From Squalus acanthias (lineage: Eukaryota), in the NCBI GenBank assembly GCA_030390025.1, contig CM059438.1, positions 62,126,001-62,190,000 of the forward strand: a stretch of DNA of 64,000 nucleotides, read 5' to 3'. The translations under genes and the position numbers were made by a program. This document shows, piece after piece, positions 1-11,241 of the stretch; within the stretch, counting starts at the first letter, position 1; every line of letters begins with the position of its first letter. The notes under the pieces were generated by a model. The model was given only the letters and a program-made list of their open reading frames with translations, was not told the DNA's origin and made no database searches.

Positions 1-1653
1 CACCAAGGAAGAAGATGCTGCCATAGACATAGTGAAGGAGGAGGTAGAGGAGATGCTGGATGGGATAAAAATTGATAGAGGAGGTACTAGAAAGGCTGGC
101 TGTACTTAAAGTAGACAAGCCACCAGGACCAGATGGGATGCATCCTAGGACGCTGAGGGAAGTGAAGGAAGAAATCGCGGAGGTACTGGCCATAATCTTC
201 CAATCCTCCTTAGATGCGGGGGTGGTGCTAGAGGACTGGAGAATTGCAAATGTTACACCCTTGTTCAAAAAGGGGTGTAAAGATAAAGCCAGCAACTTCA
301 GGCCAGTCAGTTTAACCTCGGTAGTGGGGAAGCTTTTAGAAACAATAATCGGGGACAAATTTAACAGTCACTTGGACAAGTGTGGATTAATTAAGGAAAG
401 CCAGCACGGATTTGTTAAAGGCAAATCGTGTTTAACCAACTTGATTGAGTTTTTTGATGAAGTAACAAAGAGGGTTGATGAGGGCAATGCGGTTCACGTG
501 GTGTACATGGACTTCCAAAAGGCGTTCGACAAAGTGCCACATAATAGGCTTGCCAGCAAAGTTGAAGACCATGGAATAAAAGGAACAGTGGCAGCATGGA
601 TCCGAAATTGGCTAAGTGACAGGAAACAGAGAGTAGTGGTGAACGGTTGTTTTTCGGACTTGAGGAAGGTACACAGTGGTGTTCCCCAGGGGTCGGTTCT
701 AGGACCACTGCTTTTCTTTATACATATTAATGACTTGGACTTGGGTGTACAGGGAACAATTTCAAAATTTGCAGAACTTGGAAGTATAGTGAACAGTGAG
801 GAGGAGAGTGATAGACTTCAAGAGGACATAGACAGGCTGGTGGAATGGGCGGATACGTGGCAGATGAAATTTAACGCAGAAAAGTGCGAAGTGATACATT
901 TCGGTAGAAAGAATGAGGAGAGGACTTATAAACTAAAGGGTACAATCCTAAAGGGGCGCATGAACAGAGAGACCTGGGGGTATATGTGCACAAATCGTTG
1001 AACGTGGCAGGGCAGGTTGAGAAAGCAGTTAAAAAAGCTTACGGGATCCTGGGCTTCATGTATAGAGTACAAAGGTATGGAAATTATGATGAACCTGTAT
1101 AAAACACTGGTTCGGCCTCAACTGGAGTATTGTGTCCAATTCTGGGCACCGCACTTTAGGAAGAATGTGAAGGCCTTAGAGCGGGTGCAGAAAAGATTTA
1201 CGAGAATGATTCCAGGGATGAGGGGCTTCAGTTACGTGGATAGACGGGAGAAGCTGGGGTTGTTCTCCTTGGAGCAGAGACGATTGAGAGATTTAGATCT
1301 GGACAGAGTAGATGGAGAAAAACTGTTCCCATTGGCAGAAGGGTCGAGAACCAGAGGACACAGATTTAAGGTGATTGGCAAAAGAACCAAAGGCGACATA
1401 AGAAAAAACTTTTTTATGCAGCGAGTGATTAGGATCTGGAATGCACTGCCTGAAAGGGTGGTGGAGGCAGATTCAATCACGGCTTTCAAAAGGGAGTTGG
1501 ATAAGTACCTGAAGGAAAAAAAATTTGTAAGGGTACGGGCAAAGGGCGGGTGAGTGGGACTAGCTGAGGTGCTCTTGCAGAGAGCTGGCACGGGCTCGAC
1601 GGGCCAAATGGCCTCCTTCTGTGCTGTAACCATTCTATTATTCTATGATTCTA
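1..1653 (+). mobile_element. CR1 LINE, 3' part of ORF2 (RT) plus 3' UTR, frameshifted
   Basis: ORFs 72..1001 and 1017..1553 carry [28 protein letters not shown] and [11 protein letters not shown]; ends in ATTCTAT repeats typical of CR1. Confidence 0.93.
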
Positions 1654-1986
1654 ACTAGCTGTATGTGCGATCCCTTCCCCTATCTCAGATACTTAATATA
1701 TCTGCTTTGTCCTTTGCGTCTAGAGATGGGGAAAGGGAGCAATCCCATTCTCCCACATGGTCTGAAATTAGTTTGTCTTCTGCAGTGAGAATAGGCAGTT
1801 AGAGCTGAATAGCCCTACCTCCTTCTACTGCTGTTTGGAAAGTAAGGGTAGGAGACTGTGCTGATAATTAATATGGAGGATGGGAGGAAAAACTGAGACA
1901 CAAAGGACCTAAGAGGCGAGGAGTGAAGATGGTGGAAAGCAGAGAAGCCCAAGGAATAGAGATTTGGATGTATGGAATGGAGGACA

Positions 1987-2110
1987 GCAACTTGCATTTA
2001 TATAGAGCTTTTAGCGTAGAAAAACATCCCAGGGCACTTCACAGAAGTGCAATCAGGCAAAAATGGATGCTGAGCTAAAGAAAGAGATACTTGGAGGGGC
2101 CAAGCAAGGA
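1987..2110 (-). mobile_element. L2-type 3' tail fragment
   Basis: Reverse complement of the tail ...aaggcgctatataaatgcaagttg also seen at 10745-10822 and 33768-33830. Confidence 0.6.
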
Positions 2111-2186
2111 GGAAAGAGAGTATTGGAGGCCCATGTGCACTCTCCCTCCCTCTTTTCCTTCCTTCCTTTCACGCGCTCTCTTCTCT

Positions 2187-2652
2187 GTCAGCTGTGGCTC
2201 AGTGGGTAGCACACTTGCCTCTGAGTCAGAAGGCTGTGGGTTCAACTCCGACTCAAGGGACTTGAGCACATGAAGCTAGGCTGATGCTCCAGTGCAGTGC
2301 TGAGGGAGTGCTGCACTCTCGGAGGTGTTGTCCTTTCGCGCTGACGTTAAACCGAGGCCCCGTCTGCCCTCTCAGCTGGGCGTAAAAGATCCCACGGCAC
2401 TATTTTGAAGAAGAGCAGGGGAGTTATCCCCGGTGTCCTGGCCAATACATCATCCTCAACCAACATAACCAAAAACAGATTATCTGGTCATTATTACATT
2501 GCTGTTAGTGGGAGCTTGCTGTGCGCAAATTGGCTGTCGCGTTGCCCACATTACAACAGTGACTCCACTTCAAAAGTACTTCATTGGCTGTAAAGAGCTT
2601 TGAGACGTCCGGTGGTCGTGAAAGGCGCTATATAAATGCAAGTCTTTTTTTC
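2187..2652 (+). mobile_element. Full-length tRNA-headed Deu-domain SINE (SacSINE1-like)
   Basis: A box TGGCTCAGTGGG, B box GGTTCAACTCC, Deu-like core (gagggagtgctgcact...gacgttaaaccgaggcccc...aaagatccc), L2-like tail gcgctatataaatgcaagt. Confidence 0.8.
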
Positions 2653-3396
2653 TCATGCGCATATAAGTAAGTGTACCAATAACAAAAGCCTGGGAGCAAG
2701 CAGCTTGCCCTCTGGGTTACCGCCAGTGGTGCACAGCAGTGAGGGAATGGAGTCGTTTTTTTGGTTTGCTAAAACACTTGACTGAAGCATTAATGTTGTG
2801 CTAACAAATGGTGCTAAAACCATATGCCAACACCATTTTTGTAAAACGGGACATTGTTTAAAGTTTATTGTAACATTTAAGTGTGTATGTTTACACACTT
2901 TGAAAGGATTTCCAAAAAACACCTCCTGCAGCACCTTGTGGTTGTGTGCCTGGGGGGGTGTTTGTGGATGCTGCTCACTAGTTGCAGCTTGCTTTACCCT
3001 CTGCTTCTTGTTAATTTTACTTGACAGCTATTTTCCTACAAGCTACATAATCCTTGGGCGATAAACACTGCAACTATCCTGTTGGTGTAGGGCTGTGTTG
3101 TGGGTTGCTTCAGGCAGAAAATGGCAACATCTTCATTCCGCCTAATTGTGTCATTCAGTGTCGGACTATTAATAAACTCTTGTCCAAGGACATCTGTGGC
3201 CTGGACTCTTTAGTACTGTGGTTGTGATAAAGTTCCTGTACTGTGGGAAGATTTCAGTGTGACAGCTGAAGCCATTGCAGAGCCTGTTAGTCAAGTTAGT
3301 TCAGTGGCTACAACACGGCGTACTGAAGAAATGTGGTGACTGGATTCAAAGCCTAATGATGAACAGGTTGAAGGGTGCACGGTTCAAGAAGAAGGC

Positions 3397-3626
3397 CTGA
3401 TGTGGAGATGCCGGTGTTGGACTGGGGTGGACAAATGTGAGAAGTCGCACAACACCAGGTTATAGTCCAACAGTTTTATTTGAAATCACAAGCTTTCGGA
3501 GCGCTGCTCCTTCGTCAGGTGCCTATATACATCTCTTCACTTCACCTGACGAAGGAGCAGGGCTCCGAAAGCTTGTGATTTCAGATAAAACTGTTGGACT
3601 ATAACCTGGTGTTGTGCGACTTCTCA
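3397..3626. mobile_element. Fold-back insertion of PLE family B 3' end, inside a LINE 3' tail (3375-3730)
   Basis: Inverted arms 3436-3521 / 3543-3628; 12-bp TSD caagaagaaggc at 3385-3396 and 3627-3638; sequence matches the 3' end of the PLE at 7218-8638. Confidence 0.88.
3542..3578 (+). ncRNA. Minimal hammerhead ribozyme motif (PLE family B); mirror copy on the - strand at ~3486-3521
   Basis: tcac-CTGACGA-a-GGAGC agg GCTCC-GAAA-gc-TT-gtga; stem I tcac/gtga, 5-bp stem II, palindromic AAGCTT stem III. Confidence 0.8.
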
Positions 3627-5785
3627 CAAGAAGAAGGCGGCCCACCACCACCATCTTCTCGAGAGCAACCAGGGATGGGCAATAAATGCCGGCCTTGCCA
3701 GCAATGCCCACTTCCCGAGAATGAATTTAGAAAAACCATGTCCTTGAGTAGTAATTCTCTTTTGACCTGGAGTTCACAGACAGCCTCCTTGCAGCTGTAT
3801 TTCTCGTTCAATGTTCAGAATTTAAGACAAATCAAGGTCAAGAAAAGCCCATTCAACCCCCCTGAAGCTCATCCCTACAGTATGCCAACTCTCCCACTGT
3901 TTTGAACACTCCAAAGTCTACATCTCAGCTGTCTTTTCTGGCAGATGATTCAAGACATTTATCACCCTGTGGGTGAAGTATTTAATTCTAGTATATGATC
4001 GAAATTTATTTCTCTAGCTTATATTTGGGACCTTGGTCCTACTACAACTACTTCCATTTCTGTAGCTCTCCTCAAGCACATAAAGACATTTCAAAACCCT
4101 TTACATTAAGTTGCAAAGAACGGTGAGCAGAAGGGAAAGTCTTTGTGAGGGTGGGGGGAGAGGCACGGCAAAGGCACAGTTGAAGAGAAGGGTTTCGAGG
4201 AAACTTTTCAATGCGGGGGAGGGGGTAGAGTTGCAGAGTGCAGGAGTGTAGGAGCCCTCGATGCCTTACTTTGAAGTAATATTCAAGACTTACCTTTGCT
4301 AAGCCATGTAATATTTCATATATTTTAATGAGGTGAATCATGATGCTTAAGGCATCACGATTGTGGGACCAGCTGCTCTTCTCCTGTCCATCGTTTTTGT
4401 ATGTTCGTAGGTCCCCTCCCCTCCTTGAACCGTCTTCTCTGTAGGCTGTAGAAATTGAGCCTTTTGAATCTATCCTTACAGCTCAACCCTCCACCCCCCC
4501 CCCCCCCCCCCCCAACCTCTTACACTTGCTTGTTTCTGCAGTTTCCAGTACTTACACTACCCTTTTGTAAATGCCAGTGGTCCAGTTGCCATATACAGTC
4601 AGTTCAGAGCTTTTGTTGTTTTGGCTCTTGTCGGAAACCCATGACTGGGTGATCGCATGTAATCTAAAGATCTCTGAATCCTTTGTACCTTTCACTTCTC
4701 TCTCCCTGTTTCATTGGCAGTCTAATGACATGCCTCATCCTTGGCCAAAAAGGCAAGTCGATGAGCTGCTTCCTGACCTCTCCCACTATGTAGGTGCGTG
4801 AGTGCCCCATCAGGACATTAATGCATATTTCTCTCTCGTTTTACCCCCCCCCCCCATCTCCAAATTAGGGAAGTACCAAGGTATTGAACCTCCTACCCTG
4901 GTTAAGATTGGCAACTCAACGTATGAGGATGGCATGTGAACTAATCGCATATTGATCAGCTCCTTCAGTGCTTTCAAAACCATTCTTAAAAGCTCTTCCC
5001 CTTTGCTCGTGCTTTTGCTAAATTCCCACGCCTTTTTGGTGTTTCCCTCCCTCCGCCCTCCGCTTGACATTCACTTTTTCTCTCCATTCTGTCAAGTGCT
5101 TTGAGATGTCATGCGGTACATCTGAAGCAATATAAAAATGTATGTTGTTGCCTATCACCATGGACTTTGTACTGCTCATCTCTAATGATTTGTTTTTTGG
5201 TTGTTTTTGTGAGGGATATTAGTGTTTGGGAATTTGAACCTTTAGTATCAAGTACTCCCAGGTCAGGTATAGCACAGCTAGATATAGACTAAAACTCCTA
5301 CTCTTCCTGCACAATATGGACCTGTGTGACCTGTTTGTTTCCCAAGCCAGTGATCCTTAAGCTCTCTGAGTAAGACTGCCGATTTATGAATTACAGAGAG
5401 TCTTTTGCCATGGAGTTGCACCCACTAGCAATTGGCTTGAATTTGCGGCAATCTCATTTCACTTGGGGACCCTTACAGCCAGCAGATAGAGGAGATGTTT
5501 ATCCCATCAGTCTGGGCTGGATTCAAACCACTCCACAGTCACCATAAGCTTGTGTTAGTAGCTCATCTTGTAATCGATGCAGTGCAAGACTTTCCACACA
5601 ATGTGGAGATTTGAGAATCATTAAATGCAGGTTCAGACTCTCAAATATCACTGCACTATAATGTGGCCACTGACACAACAGCACTTGTCGTCTTCACTCC
5701 CCGAAGCTGGCGCTACAGGTGAGTGCCAAAGGTTATAGGTCAAAGCAAAGTTTATTCCTAATGGTTCCTGTTTATCTTCACACAG

Positions 5786-5899
5786 GTAGAAGCCCTTACT
5801 CGTCAGCCCTCTGCCACCACGGTCCATGCAGTGAGAGACTCTGAACTCGCCAAACTTCCCGAGGGAGCTTTGAACTCCATCAAGCGCAGATACCCTCAG
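5786..5899 (+). CDS. PNPLA7: NTE-family (PNPLA7-like) internal exon A, cNMP-binding domain 3
   Basis: ttcacacag|GTAGAA...CCTCAG|gtaaga; 114 nt, phase 0-0; [38 protein letters not shown] matches recalled PNPLA6/7 sequence. Confidence 0.93.
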
Positions 5900-6089
5900 G
5901 TAAGAAACACTTCAGTGAAAATTCCCGACAGTTTGCAGGTGTGTCATTACTTGGTGGCCAGATTCCCTTGTTGAAAGAGTGCTTTCTCACATCACAGTAC
6001 GTATAAACCTGACCGCGTCTCACCACCTCTCATTCAGGAAGAGTTGAGAGACTTGTTTCGAGCTGCTAGGAGGTAACTGTAAGAGGTGT

Positions 6090-6985
6090 AATAACAGCAG
6101 AAAATGCTGGAATCACTCGGCAGGCCAGGCAGCATCCGTGGAGAGAGAAACAGAGTTAATGTTTCAGGTCTGGGACCCTTCATCAGAACTGGAAAAGGCT
6201 AGAGATGTAACAGATTTTAAGCAGGTGCAGAGACAGGGAGGGGAGGAAGGAACTGAAGGAATATACTGTGCTAAGGTAGGAGGCAGGAAAGATAAAATGT
6301 TGCAAATGGGGATGGCAAAATCATGCAGCCTGAAAAATGGGAGCAGGGGTTATGGTCTGAAATTATTGAACTCAATGTTGAGTCTAGAAGGCTGTAAAGT
6401 GTCTAATCGAAAGATGAGGTGCTGTTCTTCGAGCTTACGTTGAGCTTCATTGGAACAATGTAAGAGGCCGAGGACAGAGAGATCAGAGTGGGAGTGAAGC
6501 GGTGAATTAAAGTGACAGGCGACCGGAAGCTTGGGGTCACCCTTATGGACTGAACGGCGGTGTTCCGCAAAGCGGTCACCCAATCTGCGTTTGGTCTCCC
6601 CAATGTAGAGGAGACCGCATCGTGAGCAGCGAATACAGTATACTAAATTGCAAGAAGTACAAGTAAATCGCTGTTTCACCTGGAAGGGGTGTTTGGGGCC
6701 CTAGACAGTGGGAAGGGAGGAGGTAAAAGGGCAGGTGTTGCATCTCCTGCGCTTACACGGGAAGGTGCCATGGGAAGGGGAAGGGCTGTTAGGGGTGATT
6801 GAGGAGTGTTGCGGAGGGAGCGGTCCCTTCGGAATGCTGAGAGGGGAGGGGATGGGAAGATGCGTTTGGTGGTGGGATCACGTAGGAGATGGCGGAGGAT
6901 GATCCGTTGAATGTGGAGGCTGCTGGGGCGAAAGGTGAGGACAAGGGGAACCCTATCGTGGTTCTGGGAGGGAGGGGAAGGGGTA
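6090..6985 (-). mobile_element. 5'-truncated PLE, family A (GIY-YIG endonuclease plus 3' end with hammerhead motif)
   Basis: ORF 6350..6679 FTCTSCNLVYCIRCSRCGLLYIGETKRRLGDRFAEH...GIY-YIG; minus-strand agtt-CTGATGA-a-GGGTC cca GACCT-GAAAC-att-aact at 6154-6190. Confidence 0.9.
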
Positions 6986-7217
6986 GCCCAATCAGAGTAA
7001 AACAGGAACTTGCAAATGCTCGAACCCTGAAATTAAAATTCCAAATGCTGGAACTGTACAGAAAAGCTGTACATTCTTCTTTCCCCAGAGAGTGGTGGGT
7101 TATGCTGATAGGGTGGGAGGATTCTCGTAAATGATGGCATGGACCAGTTGGGCCGGATGGCCTGTTTCTGTGCTGTATGTTCTATGTCATTTGAGAAGGC
7201 CTGTCAACATTTGAAAA

Positions 7218-8638
7218 TGATGTGGAGATGCCGGCGTTGGACTGGGGTGGACAAAAATGAGAAGTCGCACAACACCAGGTTATAGTCCAACAGATTTATT
7301 TAAAATTACAAGCTTTCGGAGCTGTCGCCCCTTCCTCAGGTAGAGTTACTATGAGATAATCTACCAGAATTCACAGAATATAAACACAGAGACAATGCAG
7401 AGATTCAATCTTTCCCTACATCAAAGACACACTAAGAGCACAGCCAAGACAATGAGATGTGTCCCAGGGGGTCCAACGTGTCAAAACACCTGCTGGCTGC
7501 ATATCCTCTCCATTTGGGTTTGTTTCTTGTGTTTGTTTTTTAAAAAGCTGGAAAGACCGGCAACGATGTCAAGTCACGTTCTGTAGCGTGACATGAACCC
7601 AATATCCCGATTGAGGCCGTCCTCATGAGTGCGGAACTTGGCTATCAGTTTTTGCTCGATGATTTTGCGTTGTGTATCCCGAAGGCCGCCTTGGAGAACG
7701 CTAACCCGCAGATCCGAGGCTGAATGCCCTTGACTGCTGAAGTGTTCCCCGACTGGGAGGCAACCCTCCTGCCTGGCGATTGTTGCCCGGTGTCCGTTCA
7801 TACGTTGTCTCAGTGTCTGCATGGTCTCGCCGATGTACCATGCTCTGGGGCATCCTTTACTGCAACGTATCAGGTAGACAACGTTGGCCGAGTCACATGA
7901 GTATGTACCATGTACCTGGTGGGTAGTGTCCTCACGTGTGATGACGGTATCTGTGTCCATGATCTGGCATGTCTTGCAGAGGTTGCCGTGGCAGGGTTGT
8001 GTGGTGTCGTGGTCGCTGTTCTCCTGAAAGCTGGGTAATTTGCTGCGAACGATGGTACTTTTGAGGTTAGGCGGCTGCTTGAAGGCGAGTAGTGGAGGCG
8101 TGGGGATGGCCTTAGCAAGGTGTTCGTCGTCATCGATGACATGTTGAAGGCTACGAAGAACATGGCGTAGTTTCTCCGCTCCGGGGAAGTACTGGACGAC
8201 GTAGGGTACTCTGTTGGTTGTGTCCCGTGTTCGTCTTCTGAGGAGGTCTATGCGGTTTTTCGCTGTGGCCCGTCGGAACTGTCGATCGACGAGTCGAGCG
8301 TCATATCCCGTTCTTACGAGGGCGTCTTTCAGTGTCCGTAGGTGTCCATCGCGTTCCTCCTCGTCTGAGCAGATCCTGTGTATTCGCAGGGCTTGTCCAT
8401 AGGGGATGGCTTCTTTAACGTGGTTAGGGTGGAAGCTGGAGAAGTGTAGCATCGTGAGGTTGTCCGTGGGCTTGCGGTAGAGTGAAGTGCTGAGGCGTCC
8501 GTCTTTGATGGAGATTCGTGTGTCCAGGAATGAAACCGATTCTGAGGAGTAGTCCATGGTGAGTTTGATGGTGGGATGGAACCTGTTGATGCTATCGTGT
8601 AGTCCTTTCAGTGATCCTTCGCCGTGGGTCCAAATTTG
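7218..8638 (-). mobile_element. 5'-truncated PLE, family B (RT C-terminal part, GIY-YIG, 3' UTR with hammerhead)
   Basis: Uninterrupted frame 7574-8630: WTHG...FLD...LYRKPTD...SCDSANVVYLIRC...WYIGET...RMNGH...GLNRD; 12-bp TSD aacatttgaaaa at 7206-7217 and 8639-8650. Confidence 0.93.
7306..7343 (-). ncRNA. Minimal hammerhead ribozyme motif in PLE family B 3' UTR
   Basis: Minus strand tac-CTGAGGA-a-GGGGC gaca GCTCC-GAAA-gc-TT-gta. Confidence 0.78.
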
Positions 8639-9319
8639 AACATTTGAAAAGACAAGTTCCTGTTTCAGGTGCGTACCCTCTGTCAAAACTGGGAAGGGGC
8701 TCAGCTGCCTTCCCTGTCCAATTCCTGGCGATTCCTCATGTTTTCTGCCTGAATAGTGATTCCGAAGGGGCTTCGGCTCCCGTGATGATCTGAATAACAT
8801 TTTGTGTGTACTGCAAGGCCTGATTGTCATTACATGTGCCTGTGCGTAGATTAAAGTTTGCCGAGTTCACTGATGATTTAATTCTACATTTTAATTATCA
8901 TTTTTTAATTAGCTCTCAGCGCAGCTTTGATTGGTACCTTTTATGTAACTTAAAAAAATGGTTGGCTGCTCATTCATTACCATAGTTATTAGAGGTCTGT
9001 GCTCAGAAGCTGATACCGAGAAAGGTTAAAAGTTTTATTTGAATGATGCATGTGGCATTTCTGGAGGCGTTCATTCAGCATGCTCAGCAAGGGGCTTTGT
9101 TTCCATGGTGACGGTGGCTTGAGCCATCTCAGTTTAACGCTGAAGCATTCCTCTTTTTGTTGTTTTGCTAAATAAGAGTGTTCAGAAAATGACAGGCATG
9201 TGCTTTCCAGAAGTTTCCGCGCACGCGGTTGAGATGGAAGTAGATGTGACCGCTGAAACCTCCAGGACTGAAGCAGTGTTTTGTAGACCACTTGGAATGT
9301 GAGGGAATGCATGGCACAG

Positions 9320-9492
9320 TGTGAAACTGCCTGGGGATGGAGCTGGGGGTGAGGGAGTGGGCAGCACACTGAATCTGGCTGGGGGTGAGGGAGTGGGCAG
9401 CACACTGAAACTGGCTGGGGATGGAGCTGGGGGTGAGGGAATGGGTAGCACACTGAAACTGGCTGGGGATGGGGAAGGGCACTGTGAAACCT
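9320..9492. repeat. Degenerate G-rich minisatellite (gcacactgaaactggctggggatggagctgggggtgaggga)
   Basis: About four imperfect 36-48 bp units visible. Confidence 0.8.
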
Positions 9493-10028
9493 GCAATGTT
9501 TGTAAAAGGATGTTTGCACCTGCAATGTATAGACTTGGCAACTGGGTCTGACTACACTTTTACACTCTGTTAACAGAAGCCAGCAGTTGTTAAAACTGTT
9601 CCTAATTTTGAGGGTCTGCCAGTGATAGTATACATTAGGTAAAATATTCAAGACATTGTACAGCACACAGGTGACTGCAGCAATTCCTGTGAATTTAACT
9701 TATCTCCGATAATTTGTGTTTAAGCTTGTCTTACCCTTCTATTTGGTAGTATAGAGTTTATAAAGTACTTTCTCTGCATTGGAATTGTTTATTATGTATA
9801 AAGATTCCCTTTAACTTCTGAGCACCGCACTGCTCACGCTGGCGGCTGAGAAGGAGTGACACTCCAGGGTTTTTAAGGAATAATGGGTCTGGAATAGATT
9901 AACGTTTGACTGCCGTGCTCCAGGATTGTACATTCACAGGAGTCTGTGACTGCAGTGAGCTCGGGGTGAGGGGATTGCCAGTGTGCTCTGTGACTCTAAA
10001 TACAAGAACACAAATGCTTTTGTAAGTA

Positions 10029-10255
10029 CAGAAAATGCTGGAAACACTCAACAGGTCAGGCAGCATCGAGGCGAGAGAAACAGAGTTAACGTTTCGAGTC
10101 GGGGGACCCTTCGTCAGAACTCTGACGAAGGGTCCCCCGACTCGAAACGTTAACTCTGTTTCTCTCTCCTCGATGCTGCCTGACCTGCTGAGTGTTTCCA
10201 GCATTTTCTGTTGTTATTTCAGATTTCCCGAATCCGCAGTATTTTGCTGTTTTGT
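10029..10255. mobile_element. Fold-back insertion of PLE family A 3' end
   Basis: Near-perfect ~90-bp arms 10028-10118 / 10121-10211 with a 2-nt spacer; ~45-bp tail on the right arm only; TSD ttttgtaagta at 10018-10028 and 10256-10266. Confidence 0.9.
10081..10124 (-). ncRNA. Minimal hammerhead ribozyme motif (family A); + strand core at 10122-10158 lacks the 5' strand of stem I
   Basis: Minus strand cagagtt-CTGACGA-a-GGGTC cccc GACTC-GAAA-cg-TT-aactctg. Confidence 0.8.
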
Positions 10256-10554
10256 TTTTGTAAGTATATTGACTGTGCTGCGCAATATTGCATGACTAAA
10301 ATTTCATCTGCTTTTGTAAACATCTTGTATAATAAAAAAGTTCCAGTACATAGTGTCTCAGTGGTGAGGTATTGATTCACACCCATGATCTCCACGGTAC
10401 TGGATTCTGGGTCGGAGCGAAGTAACCATGGAAAGTGGAGAGCAGACACCAGTACTTGCATACAGGGAAGATCCCGGGGAAGTTGATAATTATGGTGTAA
10501 TCACTGCAAGCTTATTGAATGATGATCTAGAGTTGATTATTGGGAAATTCTGGC

Positions 10555-10822
10555 CTCTTGCGCTTCCCCGATTTTCATTGTCCACCATTGGCGGCCATGC
10601 CTCGGCCCTAAGCTCTGAAATTCCCTCCCTAAACCTCTCCACTTCTCTGCACCTCTCTCCTCCTTTAAGATGCTCCTTAAAACCTACCACTTTGACCATT
10701 CTTTTGGTCACCTGACCTAATATCTGCTTGGTGTCAGATTCTGTTTGATAACGCTCCTGTGAAACGCCTTGGGACGTTTTACTACATTAAAGGTGCTATA
10801 TAAATACAGGTGGTTGTTGTTG
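10555..10822 (+). mobile_element. L2-type LINE 3' fragment
   Basis: Similar to the reverse complement of 33768-34060; ends ...aaggtgctatataaatacaggtggttgttgttg. Confidence 0.75.
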
Positions 10823-10906
10823 AAGTGAGAGCCGCTGTATCTTCCAGTGAACTCGGTCTAGACCTTGCAGTGTGAACACTCATGAATTGGCGCTGTTTTG
10901 TTTTAG

Positions 10907-10982
10907 GTGGTTACGCGACTCATTCACCTACTGGGCCAGAAGATCCTTGGCAACCTGCAGCAAGTCACTGGTCCATTAGCAG
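10907..10982 (+). CDS. PNPLA7: PNPLA7-like exon B
   Basis: ttttag|GTGGTT...GCAG|gtaagg; 76 nt, phase 0-1; [25 protein letters not shown](G). Confidence 0.93.
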
Positions 10983-11096
10983 GTAAGGGCTTTAACAGCA
11001 CTAACATGTTTCCCTCGCCATTGCATTGAAAGAGCAATAACTACAAGCAGAGTTGTTTTTCTCACAGGCTGTTGGGGCTGAGGGAGGAGAATCGTC

Positions 11097-11241
11097 CAGC
11101 GTTCCCTTTAATCTGCAGGTCCCGCGCAGCCGGTGAGCCGGCTTTTAAATAGAAAAACCTACACGTGTACGGAATTGTGAATGGCCCGCGCAGCTAGTTA
11201 AAGGGGCCGTGCGGGCCAAAACAAAATTAGAGGGAACATTG
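11097..11241. mobile_element. hAT-like MITE
   Basis: TIRs cagcgttccctttaat / attagagggaacattg; related to 15846-16010; TSD degenerate. Confidence 0.65.

Noticed and set aside
2187..2260. tRNA gene (also 13108)
   Set aside because: The A and B boxes run straight into a SINE body; no full cloverleaf or terminator.
5781..5791. AG|GT at the starts of exons A, B and D as recursive splice sites
   Set aside because: Explained by Val/Gly codons; the following bases are poor donor matches.
8639..8830. N-terminal part of the 418-aa PLE ORF
   Set aside because: Lies outside the TSD, so it is chance read-through into flank. The element is truncated within the RT domain and is not autonomous.
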